Made by a program: the position numbers and the translations under genes. A stretch of DNA of 14,410 nt from Candidatus Auribacterota bacterium. GTDB taxonomy: Bacteria > Auribacterota > UBA6266. A model generated the notes under the pieces. That model searched no databases, had not been told where the DNA came from, and saw nothing but the letters and a program-made list of their open reading frames with translations. This document shows, piece by piece, positions 7,760-14,410 of the stretch. The stretch covers positions 1 through 14,410 of the forward strand of contig JAGLRQ010000003.1 of the NCBI GenBank assembly GCA_023136205.1, read 5' to 3'. Position 1 is the stretch's first letter; each line of letters starts with the position of its first letter.

Positions 7760-8539
7760 TCACACCTTTCTTTGAATCCTTTTAACAGATAAAGTTTTCC
7801 CCGTTTTTTCATCAATTTCAAAAAGCGCCCCGCAAACTTTTAAATCATTTTCCGCTACGTCAAATCTGGCGGGTATTTGTGTAATAAATCTTTTTAAAAC
7901 CGGTTCCACTTCTCTCCCGAGAACAGATTTATAGGGCCCGGTCATACCAATATCCGTTATAAAACCAGTGCCATTCGGAAGTATTGTTTCGTCGGCTGTC
8001 TGTATATGTGTATGCGTTCCAAAAATGCATGAAACTTTTCCGTCAAGATACCAACCAAGAGCTATTTTCTCCGATGTAGCCTCCGCATGCATATCTATTA
8101 TTATTATTGGTGTTTGCTGTGATAATTTGCTTACTAACTCGCCCGATGTTTTAAAAGGACATTCCACCGCATTCATAAAAACCCTGCCAACCAGGTTTAT
8201 AACAGCTATTTTTAACCCGTTTTTAAGTTCAAAAATACTATATCCTTTACCCGGCGCGGAATCAGGATAATTCGCAGGCCTTAACAGCCTCGGCTCTTCA
8301 TCTATAATCTTAAAAACCGCCTGGTTTTTCCAGACATGGTCTCCACTTGTAATAACATCTGCTCCCGATTCAAGAAGAAAAGAAACCACTTTAGGTGTAA
8401 ACCCGCTTCCTGCCGCAGAATTTTCTCCATTGACAATACAAAAATCAACGGAATACTCCTCTTTTAACACGGGAAACAGCTTGGCAAAGGCCTGTCTCCC
8501 CGGCCTTCCTACTATGTCACCGATTACCAGTACATTCAA
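7760..8539 (-). CDS. ymdB: YmdB-family metallophosphoesterase (2',3'-cyclic-nucleotide phosphodiesterase-like), 259 aa
   Basis: TTG start at 8539, preceded by AAGGGAG. The N-terminus MNVLVIGDIVGRPGR...VNGENSAAGSGFT...GDHVW...DMHAEATSEK...GTHTHIQTAD matches the calcineurin-like YmdB (TIGR00282-type) motif series. It lies directly downstream of rny, as in Bacillus subtilis rny-ymdB. Confidence 0.9.
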   Translation of the reverse strand: MNVLVIGDIVGRPGRQAFAKLFPVLKEEYSVDFCIVNGENSAAGSGFTPKVVSFLLESGADVITSGDHVWKNQAVFKIIDEEPRLLRPANYPDSAPGKGYSIFELKNGLKIAVINLVGRVFMNAVECPFKTSGELVSKLSQQTPIIIIDMHAEATSEKIALGWYLDGKVSCIFGTHTHIQTADETILPNGTGFITDIGMTGPYKSVLGREVEPVLKRFITQIPARFDVAENDLKVCGALFEIDEKTGKTLSVKRIQRKV

Positions 8540-8573
8540 CGAATTACTCCCTTTCAGTTTGTATGCTTAACAT

Positions 8574-10142
8574 TTATTTTGCATATTCTATCGCTCTGGT
8601 TTCTCTGATTACCGTCACCCTAACCTGACCTGGATAATCAAGTTCTTCCTGAATCTTTTTGGTAATGTTTCTTGCAAGAAGTACGGCTTCGGAATCATCA
8701 ACTTTGTCAGGCTCGACAATTACTCTTATTTCTCTTCCGGCCTGGATAGCATAGGATTTTCCTACCCCGCGAAATGAATTGGCTATTTCTTCAAGTCTTT
8801 CAAGTCTTTTAACATACGCTGCAAGTGTTTCAGAACGTGCCCCCGGCCTTGCAGCCGATATGGCATCAGCAGACTGAACAAGAATAGCACAAACAGATTT
8901 TGGATCTTCATCCCCATGATGCGCGGCAATAGAATTAATCACTATGTCCTTTTCCTTGAATTTCTTAGCAAGATCCGCTCCTATCTGGGCATGTGAACCT
9001 TCAACTTCATGGTCAACGGATTTCCCCAGGTCATGGAGAAGCCCCGCCCTTTTTGCAGTTTGAATGTCAATCCCCAATTCAGCGGCCATTACAGCCATCA
9101 GAGATGCGACTTCCCTCGAATGCTCATAAACACTTTGGCCATAACTTGTCCTATACTTCAACCGCCCCAAAAGCCTGATTTCTTCCGGATGTAATCCGTG
9201 AACACCAACATCAAATGCTAACTGTTCACCGGCTTCCCGAATATATTCATTTACTTCTTTCTTTGCTTTTTCAACAACCTCTTCAATCCTGGCCGGATGT
9301 ATTCTTCCATCAGCTATAAGTCTTTCCAATGCTATCCTTGCAATCTCTTTTCTTGTATTATCAAACCCGGAAAGAACCACAGCTTCAGGCGTATCATCAA
9401 TTATCACATCTACACCTGTTGCCGCTTCAAGGGCTCGTATGTTTCTCCCCTCACGGCCTATTATTCGCCCCTTCATTTCATCATTGGGAAGCGGCACAGT
9501 TGATATTGTTGTCTCAGAAACATAATCAGACGCGGATCTCTGGATTGCAAGACTTATTATTTTTTTTGCCTCTTTTTCAGCCTTATCTTTCGCTTCCGCT
9601 TCAATCCTTCTTATAAGCGCCGCCGCTTCATGTTTCACGTCATCTTCAAGACTCGAAAGAAGAATATTCTTAGCTTCCTCTCTGCTCAACCCTGAAATTT
9701 GCTGTAATTTCTCTTTCTGCTGATCGATTATGGAATTCAGTTTATCAACACGTTCTTTTACATGAAGCTCCTTGTCATTAATTGATTGTTCTTTTCTTTT
9801 AACTTCTGTTTCTTTCTTATCGATAAAATCAACCTTCCTGTCAAGGTTTTCCTCCTTTTGAAGAACTCTTTTTTCCAGAGCAAGAAGTTCCCGTCTTCTT
9901 TCTTTTGTTTCTTTCTCGAACTCGGTCATAGCTCTGTGCATTTCTTCTTTTGCTTCAACACTTGCCTCTTTTCTCTTTGTATTCGCTTCTCTTTCAGCTT
10001 CGGAGATTATTTTCTTTGCCTGCTGTTCAACACTATTCTTCTTAAACTTTGCTAATATCATTCTCAGGACAAAGCCGAAAATAAAAAGGACAGCAAAAAG
10101 AAGGGAAAACCCTAACAACTGTTCCTCTATTAACTCAATCAT
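8574..10142 (-). CDS. rny: ribonuclease Y (522 aa): N-terminal TM helix, coiled coil, KH domain, HD domain
   Basis: ATG at 10142 with SD GGAGGTG. Elements seen: TM helix [18 protein letters not shown]; a long E/K-rich coiled coil; KH motif [26 protein letters not shown]; HD motif HSREVA...LLHDLGK...AAHHGD. Confidence 0.95.
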   Translation of the reverse strand: MIELIEEQLLGFSLLFAVLFIFGFVLRMILAKFKKNSVEQQAKKIISEAEREANTKRKEASVEAKEEMHRAMTEFEKETKERRRELLALEKRVLQKEENLDRKVDFIDKKETEVKRKEQSINDKELHVKERVDKLNSIIDQQKEKLQQISGLSREEAKNILLSSLEDDVKHEAAALIRRIEAEAKDKAEKEAKKIISLAIQRSASDYVSETTISTVPLPNDEMKGRIIGREGRNIRALEAATGVDVIIDDTPEAVVLSGFDNTRKEIARIALERLIADGRIHPARIEEVVEKAKKEVNEYIREAGEQLAFDVGVHGLHPEEIRLLGRLKYRTSYGQSVYEHSREVASLMAVMAAELGIDIQTAKRAGLLHDLGKSVDHEVEGSHAQIGADLAKKFKEKDIVINSIAAHHGDEDPKSVCAILVQSADAISAARPGARSETLAAYVKRLERLEEIANSFRGVGKSYAIQAGREIRVIVEPDKVDDSEAVLLARNITKKIQEELDYPGQVRVTVIRETRAIEYAK

Positions 10143-10162
10143 TATTACACCTCCATATGTTA

Positions 10163-10216
10163 AAAATTCTAAATCCTAAATTCTAAATCCTAAACAAATG
10201 CTAAATTCTAAATCCC
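10163..10216. repeat. three copies of a 14-nt direct repeat (plus strand TAAATTCTAAATCC; transcribed strand GGATTTAGAATTTA), itself built from 7-nt subunits, in the rny leader/promoter region
   Basis: Copies lie at 10163-10176 (first base A), 10177-10190 and 10202-10215, with an 11-nt gap between copies 2 and 3. On the transcribed strand each copy holds a GGA motif and a TAGAAT hexamer (plus-strand attcta at 10166-10171, 10180-10185, 10205-10210). The array ends about 20 nt upstream of the rny ATG, next to the SD. Confidence 0.85.
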
Positions 10217-10285
10217 AAATAAATTCACAATCTAAAACTACAAAGTTTTCAAAAATATTTTTTACTGCTTACTTCTTAGTGCCTG

Positions 10286-10894
10286 CTACCTGCTCTTTTT
10301 TTGCTGCAGACTTCTTCCTTGTTTTTTTACATAAATTATTCTCTTCTCGGTGACAACAACATCTACAGGCTCATCATGCTTTCTTCCGGATACATCTTCC
10401 ACAACCTGAAAATCAAATGCAACTCCGATTCTTTTTGTCTTCTTTCCTGTCTTTTTTAAAAACTTATCGTAATAACCTTTTCCCCTTCCTATCCTGTTGC
10501 CTTTCGTGTCAAAAACAACTCCCGGAAGAATGACAAGATCAAGATCCTCTACGGAACAATCTCTGTGCATATTCTGTTTCGGCTCCATTATGCCATAAGA
10601 CGATTTCTCAAGATCTCCTAAAGAATTAACCCTCCCTATAGTAAATAATTCTTCTTTTTTCTTGCACCTTGGAAGATATACAATTTTTCCTTTAGAACAG
10701 GCATTCTGGATTATCTGCCTTGTATCCACTTCGTCATCCAATCCATAAAACAAAAGTACCCTCTTTGCCGAGAGAAAAAACTCATTATCTTCAAGCTTCC
10801 TGGCCACCAACGTAGAAACTTTCTCTCTATCTAACGGTAATTTTGTTTTAAGACTGGAAATCCAGTTCCTCAGTCTTTTGATTCTCTTCTCCAA
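10286..10894 (-). CDS. 5-formyltetrahydrofolate cyclo-ligase (MTHFS/YgfA family), 202 aa
   Basis: Family pattern seen: ...AKRVLLFYGLDDEVDTRQII...GKIVYLPR...YGIMEP...DLVILPGVVFDTKGNRIGRGKGYYDKFL. The only start that keeps the conserved N-terminal helix is TTG at 10894, which overlaps the rarA 3' end by 25 nt. The start is moderately uncertain. Confidence 0.85.
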   Translation of the reverse strand: MEKRIKRLRNWISSLKTKLPLDREKVSTLVARKLEDNEFFLSAKRVLLFYGLDDEVDTRQIIQNACSKGKIVYLPRCKKKEELFTIGRVNSLGDLEKSSYGIMEPKQNMHRDCSVEDLDLVILPGVVFDTKGNRIGRGKGYYDKFLKKTGKKTKRIGVAFDFQVVEDVSGRKHDEPVDVVVTEKRIIYVKKQGRSLQQKKSR

Positions 10895-12186
10895 ATTTTT
10901 AACCGCTCAGCAATTTGTTTCTCTTCTCCGTTATCCGAAGGATGGTAATACCTCTTATCCTTCGGCAAATATTTCTGTTTTACATAATTGCCGGGAAAAT
11001 CATGAGGATACTTATAATCCACTCCTCTCCCGATTGTCTTCGCGGATTTATAGGTTGAATCCTTAATGTGCATGGGAACTTCCATTACTTCCCCTTTTTC
11101 AATATCGGCCCACGCCGCAGATATCGCTTTATACGATGCGTTACTCTTGGGAGCAACCGCAATATATACGGCAGCCTGCGAAAGAATTATCTTCGCTTCG
11201 GGCATGCCTACAAAATTTACAGCATCAGCAGCTGCCTGAGCGACCACAAGAGCCATGGGATCAGCGTTGCCAACATCCTCACTCGCACAAATAACCATTC
11301 TCCGGACAATAAACATAGGGTCTTCTCCCGCGTATAACATCTTTGCAAGCCAGTAAACCGACGCGTCGGGATCACATCCCCTCATACTCTTAATAAATGC
11401 CGAGGCAGTATCATAATGACCATCCCCTGTTGAGTCATAAACTACCTGTTTTTTTTGAACTGAATCCTCAATAACCTCACGGGTTATCTTTACCACACCG
11501 TTTTTCGGCTCGGTGGTCAAGACAGCCATCTCAAGAGCATTAAGGGCTTTTCTCGCATCACCACCACTTACCTGTGAAATAAATTCAATATTACCAGGTA
11601 CTATTTCAACTCTCATTTTTCCAAAGCCCCTCTCCTTGTCTTCCAGGGCTTTTCTTATAATCTTTTTAATTTCCTCTTTCTCAAGTTTTTTCAGTTCAAA
11701 TATCAAAGACCTTGAAAGCAAGGGCGGAATAACCGAAAAGAACGGATTCATAACTGTTGCCCCCACTATAGAAATCACACCCCGTTCAACATCAGGCAGC
11801 AACGCATCCTGCTGGGCTTTATTAAACCTGTGTATCTCATCTATAAAAAGAACCGTCTTTTTCCCTTCGTCAGAAAGACGATTCTTGGCTTCTGTCACAA
11901 TTTTTCTTATATCTTTTACATTCGCGGTTACCGCATTCAGATAGTAAAAATGCCTTTTTGTCGTATTGGCAATAACAATACCTAGAGCGGTTTTACCACA
12001 ACCGGGAGGGCCAAAGAAAATAATGGAGGTAAAATTGTCAGACTTAATGGCACGCCATAATAGCTTACCCTTTGCGATTACATGCTCCTGTCCAACAATC
12101 TCTTCAAGAATGCCAGGCCTCAATCTATCTGCAAGCGGCCTTGCTTTATCTATCCTATTTTTGCTTTCAGTATCAAATAATTCCAT
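10870..12186 (-). CDS. rarA: replication-associated recombination protein A (RarA/MgsA, AAA+ ATPase), 438 aa
   Basis: ATG at 12186. Elements seen: PLADRLRPGILEEIVGQEH; Walker A GPPGCGKT; Walker B LFIDEIHRFNK; a MgsA C-terminal domain (HYDTASAFIKSMRGCDPDASVYWLAKML..GEDP.FIVRR); and YKYPHDF near the C-terminus. Confidence 0.93.
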   Translation of the reverse strand: MELFDTESKNRIDKARPLADRLRPGILEEIVGQEHVIAKGKLLWRAIKSDNFTSIIFFGPPGCGKTALGIVIANTTKRHFYYLNAVTANVKDIRKIVTEAKNRLSDEGKKTVLFIDEIHRFNKAQQDALLPDVERGVISIVGATVMNPFFSVIPPLLSRSLIFELKKLEKEEIKKIIRKALEDKERGFGKMRVEIVPGNIEFISQVSGGDARKALNALEMAVLTTEPKNGVVKITREVIEDSVQKKQVVYDSTGDGHYDTASAFIKSMRGCDPDASVYWLAKMLYAGEDPMFIVRRMVICASEDVGNADPMALVVAQAAADAVNFVGMPEAKIILSQAAVYIAVAPKSNASYKAISAAWADIEKGEVMEVPMHIKDSTYKSAKTIGRGVDYKYPHDFPGNYVKQKYLPKDKRYYHPSDNGEEKQIAERLKIWRRESKD

Positions 12187-12199
12187 GGAAAAATGGAAT
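12180..12199 (-). promoter_or_regulatory. 7-bp hairpin (AUUCCAU / AUGGAAU, 6-nt loop UUUUCC) whose 3' arm contains the rarA start codon
   Basis: Plus-strand arms attccat (12180-12186) and atggaat (12193-12199) are perfect reverse complements. The AUG at 12186-12184 lies inside the stem. No purine-rich SD is present in the 24 nt upstream (UUUUUUGUGUGAUUCCAUUUUUCC-AUG). Confidence 0.5.
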
Positions 12200-12204
12200 C
12201 ACAC

Positions 12205-12391
12205 AAAAAACCCCACATTTGCCGTGAGCAGCATCTCTTTGGTCCATAACTCAACAAGTGGGTACTCTCTCAAGCTTTCCTGTTATGCTACATTCCAGAC
12301 TTGAAGCCCGAGTTCCCAATAAAAAAACTGTTGGCTCAAAGAGTAATATGCTACAGCTCGAACAACGCAGGGCTTTTTTATTCTCTCTTCT
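12205..12391 (-). ncRNA. ssrS: candidate 6S RNA (SsrS-like), ~187-nt rod-shaped RNA; ends approximate
   Basis: The 244-nt gap has no credible ORF. From the promoter-predicted 5' end, the RNA folds by eye into one long imperfect hairpin. Closing stem: AAAAAAGCCCUGCGUU (12379-) pairs with AAAUGUGGGGUUUUUU (-12205), followed by GAGC/GCUC. Further pairs: GCAU (12351-12348) with AUGC (12234-12231), and CUCUUUG (12343-12337) with CAAAGAG (12241-12235). A central asymmetric A/U-rich bubble spans 12336-12318 against 12259-12242. The distal stem is GGGAACUC (12317-12310) with GAGUACCC (12267-12260), carrying one A.A mismatch, then an apical hairpin including UCAAG/CUUGA. It ends in a U6 tract. The size, rod-plus-bubble shape and position between zapA and a 5-FCL gene match 6S RNA. 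No covariance model was run. Confidence 0.5.
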
Positions 12392-12397
12392 ATCTTT

Positions 12398-12426
12398 ATT
12401 CTATCACAAGCTAAGAAGTTTTTCAA
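12398..12426 (-). promoter_or_regulatory. sigma70-type promoter: -35 TTGAAA, 17-nt spacer, extended -10 TGaTAGAAT
   Basis: On the minus strand the -35 TTGAAA is the complement of 12421-12426. The -10 TAGAAT is the complement of 12398-12403 and is preceded by TGa. The spacer (12404-12420) is exactly 17 nt. The promoter starts 5 nt after the zapA stop and predicts a transcription start near 12391. Confidence 0.55.
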
Positions 12427-12430
12427 GAAA

Positions 12431-12706
12431 TCATTTCTGAATTTCTGAATCAACAATGGTAATTATCCTGTTTACCTTTTCTTCCGCCTCTTTAAATTTC
12501 TTGTCGTTTTTCATAAGCGTATCAACAAAATTTAAACAGGCTAAAATAGCCAGTTTAGCTACAGGTATTCCAGGACTTTCCTTGGCAAGTTCGGTCATTT
12601 TTTTATCTACAACCGAAGCTACCTTAACAATGTGATCTTCGTCAATATCCCCTACAACGGGATACTCCGCCCCGTAAATTTTAACTTTTACTGGTTCGCT
12701 GCTCAA
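12431..12706 (-). CDS. zapA: cell division protein ZapA (91 aa)
   Basis: TTG start at 12706, preceded by GGAGAGAG. VKVKIYGAEYPVVGD...VASVVDKKMTELAK......KLAILACLNFVDTL matches the ZapA pattern (v.I.G..Y.l......e.l..aA..ld.km.e........a.l.al....). It lies directly downstream of pheT, as B. subtilis zapA (yshA) does. Confidence 0.85.
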   Translation of the reverse strand: MSSEPVKVKIYGAEYPVVGDIDEDHIVKVASVVDKKMTELAKESPGIPVAKLAILACLNFVDTLMKNDKKFKEAEEKVNRIITIVDSEIQK

Positions 12707-12760
12707 ATTACTCTCTCCAATTATCAGTGGAAACTCAAGGCAACACCCCCGCCAGAGATA

Positions 12761-14410
12761 TTAATAATCCCTGATGCCGCATTTCAAGCTGGATGTCCAC
12801 CCGTTGATTAGTTTTTTGTGTAACTCATCTACCTCCTTATCTGTCAGTGTTGAAATTCTTGATCTGTAAGTGATAGAAATACCCACGCTTTTTTTGTTCT
12901 TAGGTATTGGTTTTCCGCGGTACAAATCAAAAAGTTCAATTGATTCTACAACATCCGCCCTATTCTTACGAGCAATTTCAAGAACTTCGTTATATGTAAT
13001 CCCCTCATCAAGAATCAATGCTACATCCCTTTTTACCGATGGATATTTCGGCACAGGAACATATTTTTTTACAAAGCTGCCTTTTTTAATAAGTTCATCA
13101 ACATCAACTTCACAATAATAAACTTTTTGTTCTATTTCATACTTCCTGCACAGGCCTGAACTTAATTCGCCTAAAGACCCGATAATCTGGCTGCCGATTT
13201 TTATGTAAGCTGATTTATCACGGTTAAAAGTCCCGGAATCGCAGGAAACAAAAGAACACTCATTAATGCCAATCGATTGAAGAACATTTTCAACCATGCC
13301 TTTTAAATCGAAAAAATCCACGTTTGCTGTTCCTTCAATCCACTTACTTTCATATCTGAAACCTGTTATTATAATTCCAAGTGTTAAAATCTCGCGAAAA
13401 CCGGCATCAGGATCCCTGGCATTCAAAAATATTCTTCCAAGTTCATAAAACCCCGCATCTTTACTTCCTCTCTTAATGTTGTAGCTCAAGGCTTTCACCA
13501 TTCCCGGGAAAAGAGTGGTTCTCATATAAGCCAGTTCTTCACTCTGAGGATTTTGAATTTTTACAGCTTTTTTCTCTTCAAAACCCGCATCATTCAATTC
13601 ATTTTTTCCTATGAAGCTAAACGACATGATTTCAGAACACCCGCCGGATCTTACTACAGAAGTTATTCTCTTAAGCAAATCTGTTTTATTATAACTGCCT
13701 TCATCCACAAGCCTGGATTTCGGCATTAATTCTTCTATCGACTCATAGCCGTAAATTCTTGCTATCTCTTCGATAAGATCCGCTTCGTGAAAAAGGTCAA
13801 CCCTAAAAGAAGGAATGTCAACTTCAATATGTTCCTTTCCCTCCTTTAAAACTTTCAAGTCAAGCCTTTTAAAAATATCCGAAATCTCGCTGATGGAAAG
13901 GTTGGTGCCCAGAAGGTCATTAGCTTTTTGAATCTTACATTTAAGAACTCTTTTCTCCCCAGACTCTTCACCCTCGGAAAGAATACCCTTTAAAACTTTA
14001 CCCTCCGCTAATTCAGCAATTATTTGAGCGGCTTTATCAAGAGCTTTCACAACCATTGCTCTGTCGGCACCCCTTTCAAACCTGTGAGAGGATTCTGAAG
14101 AAAGATTAAGCTTCTTTGAAGTTCTTCTTATGCTTCCCGGGTTAAAATACGCGCTTTCAAGCAAAACATTTAATGTTCCTTCGCCTATCTCGGTATTCTT
14201 GCCACCCATAACACCCGCGACTGCAACAGGTCTTTGTTTGTCGGCAATCACCAGCATGTCTCCGCTTAATTTCCTTTCAAGGCCATCAATCGAAACAATT
14301 TTCTCTCCTTTTTTTGCCGTCCTTACAACAATCTGTTTCCCTTCCAGAAGGTTAAGGTCAAAAGCATGGAGAGGCTGTCCCATGTTTACAAGAACATAAT
14401 TTGTAACATC
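12761..14410 (-). CDS. pheT: phenylalanine--tRNA ligase beta subunit, C-terminal ~549 codons; 5' end lies beyond the window
   Basis: The frame is open from the window edge (…[17 protein letters not shown]…). Elements seen: B3/4 domain motif GVMGG; [11 protein letters not shown]; a B5 domain; the catalytic-like core; and a C-terminal FDX-ACB domain ([16 protein letters not shown]...LFDLYRG...[18 protein letters not shown]). Confidence 0.95.
   Translation of the reverse strand, partial: DVTNYVLVNMGQPLHAFDLNLLEGKQIVVRTAKKGEKIVSIDGLERKLSGDMLVIADKQRPVAVAGVMGGKNTEIGEGTLNVLLESAYFNPGSIRRTSKKLNLSSESSHRFERGADRAMVVKALDKAAQIIAELAEGKVLKGILSEGEESGEKRVLKCKIQKANDLLGTNLSISEISDIFKRLDLKVLKEGKEHIEVDIPSFRVDLFHEADLIEEIARIYGYESIEELMPKSRLVDEGSYNKTDLLKRITSVVRSGGCSEIMSFSFIGKNELNDAGFEEKKAVKIQNPQSEELAYMRTTLFPGMVKALSYNIKRGSKDAGFYELGRIFLNARDPDAGFREILTLGIIITGFRYESKWIEGTANVDFFDLKGMVENVLQSIGINECSFVSCDSGTFNRDKSAYIKIGSQIIGSLGELSSGLCRKYEIEQKVYYCEVDVDELIKKGSFVKKYVPVPKYPSVKRDVALILDEGITYNEVLEIARKNRADVVESIELFDLYRGKPIPKNKKSVGISITYRSRISTLTDKEVDELHKKLINGWTSSLKCGIRDY

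Noticed and set aside
10163-10216. Possible miniature CRISPR-like array
   Set aside because: The repeats are only 14 nt, two are directly abutting with no spacer, and no cas genes are nearby. This is a simple tandem repeat, not a CRISPR array.
10236-10262. A/T palindrome AAAAATATTTTT and weak hairpin AAAACU-UUGU-AGUUUU just after the 5-FCL stop, considered as a terminator
   Set aside because: The stem is all A-U apart from one C-G pair, and no U-tract follows it. That is too weak to call an intrinsic terminator. The TTGAAA hexamer here (10247-10252) has no acceptable -10 at 16-18 nt spacing.
12260-12317. tRNA-like look: GGGAACU...AGUACCCA with a TTCAAGTC segment
   Set aside because: There is no proper T-arm (GGGCTTCAAGTCTGG cannot form the stem), no D-arm or anticodon-arm geometry, and the length does not fit. 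The pairing is better explained as the distal stem of the long rod-shaped RNA.
12258-12440. 60-aa plus-strand ORF (GTG start) in the zapA-rarA gap
   Set aside because: It would be the only plus-strand gene among twelve minus-strand genes. It has no SD, a low-complexity product and no recognisable motif, and it is antisense to the promoter and structured RNA, which explain the region better.

Overview
AT-rich bacterial chromosomal window in which every credible gene is on the minus strand. All plus-strand ORFs in the track look like shadows of minus-strand genes. Transcription order (high to low coordinates): pheT (3' part, runs off the window), zapA, a 244-nt non-coding gap holding a strong sigma70-like promoter and a ~187-nt rod-shaped RNA (candidate 6S RNA/ssrS), rarA, 5-formyl-THF cyclo-ligase, rny (RNase Y), ymdB-like phosphoesterase, an ~820-aa secreted TPR protein, exbB/tolQ-like, exbD/tolR-like, a TonB_C-domain membrane protein, an 80-aa membrane-anchored zinc-ribbon protein, and dnaE (first ~3.1 kb, runs off the window). 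Most junctions are tight or overlapping, so this looks like one or a few long polycistronic units. Two things deserve a second look. (1) A compact Tol/Ton-like proton-motive-force motor module (giant CpoB/BamD-type TPR protein, ExbB, ExbD, a proline-poor TonB_C protein and a translationally coupled TM+Cys4 mini-protein). It has no TolB/Pal or TonB-dependent receptor nearby and sits between RNA-decay and replication genes. (2) The candidate 6S RNA, whose zapA ... 5-FCL context matches the E. coli zapA-ssrS-ygfA linkage. Two intergenic regions (upstream of exbB and of rny) carry unexplained 7-bp-period tandem repeats. No CRISPR array, mobile element, tRNA or rRNA was seen. All domain calls come from reading motifs by eye; no database search was run.
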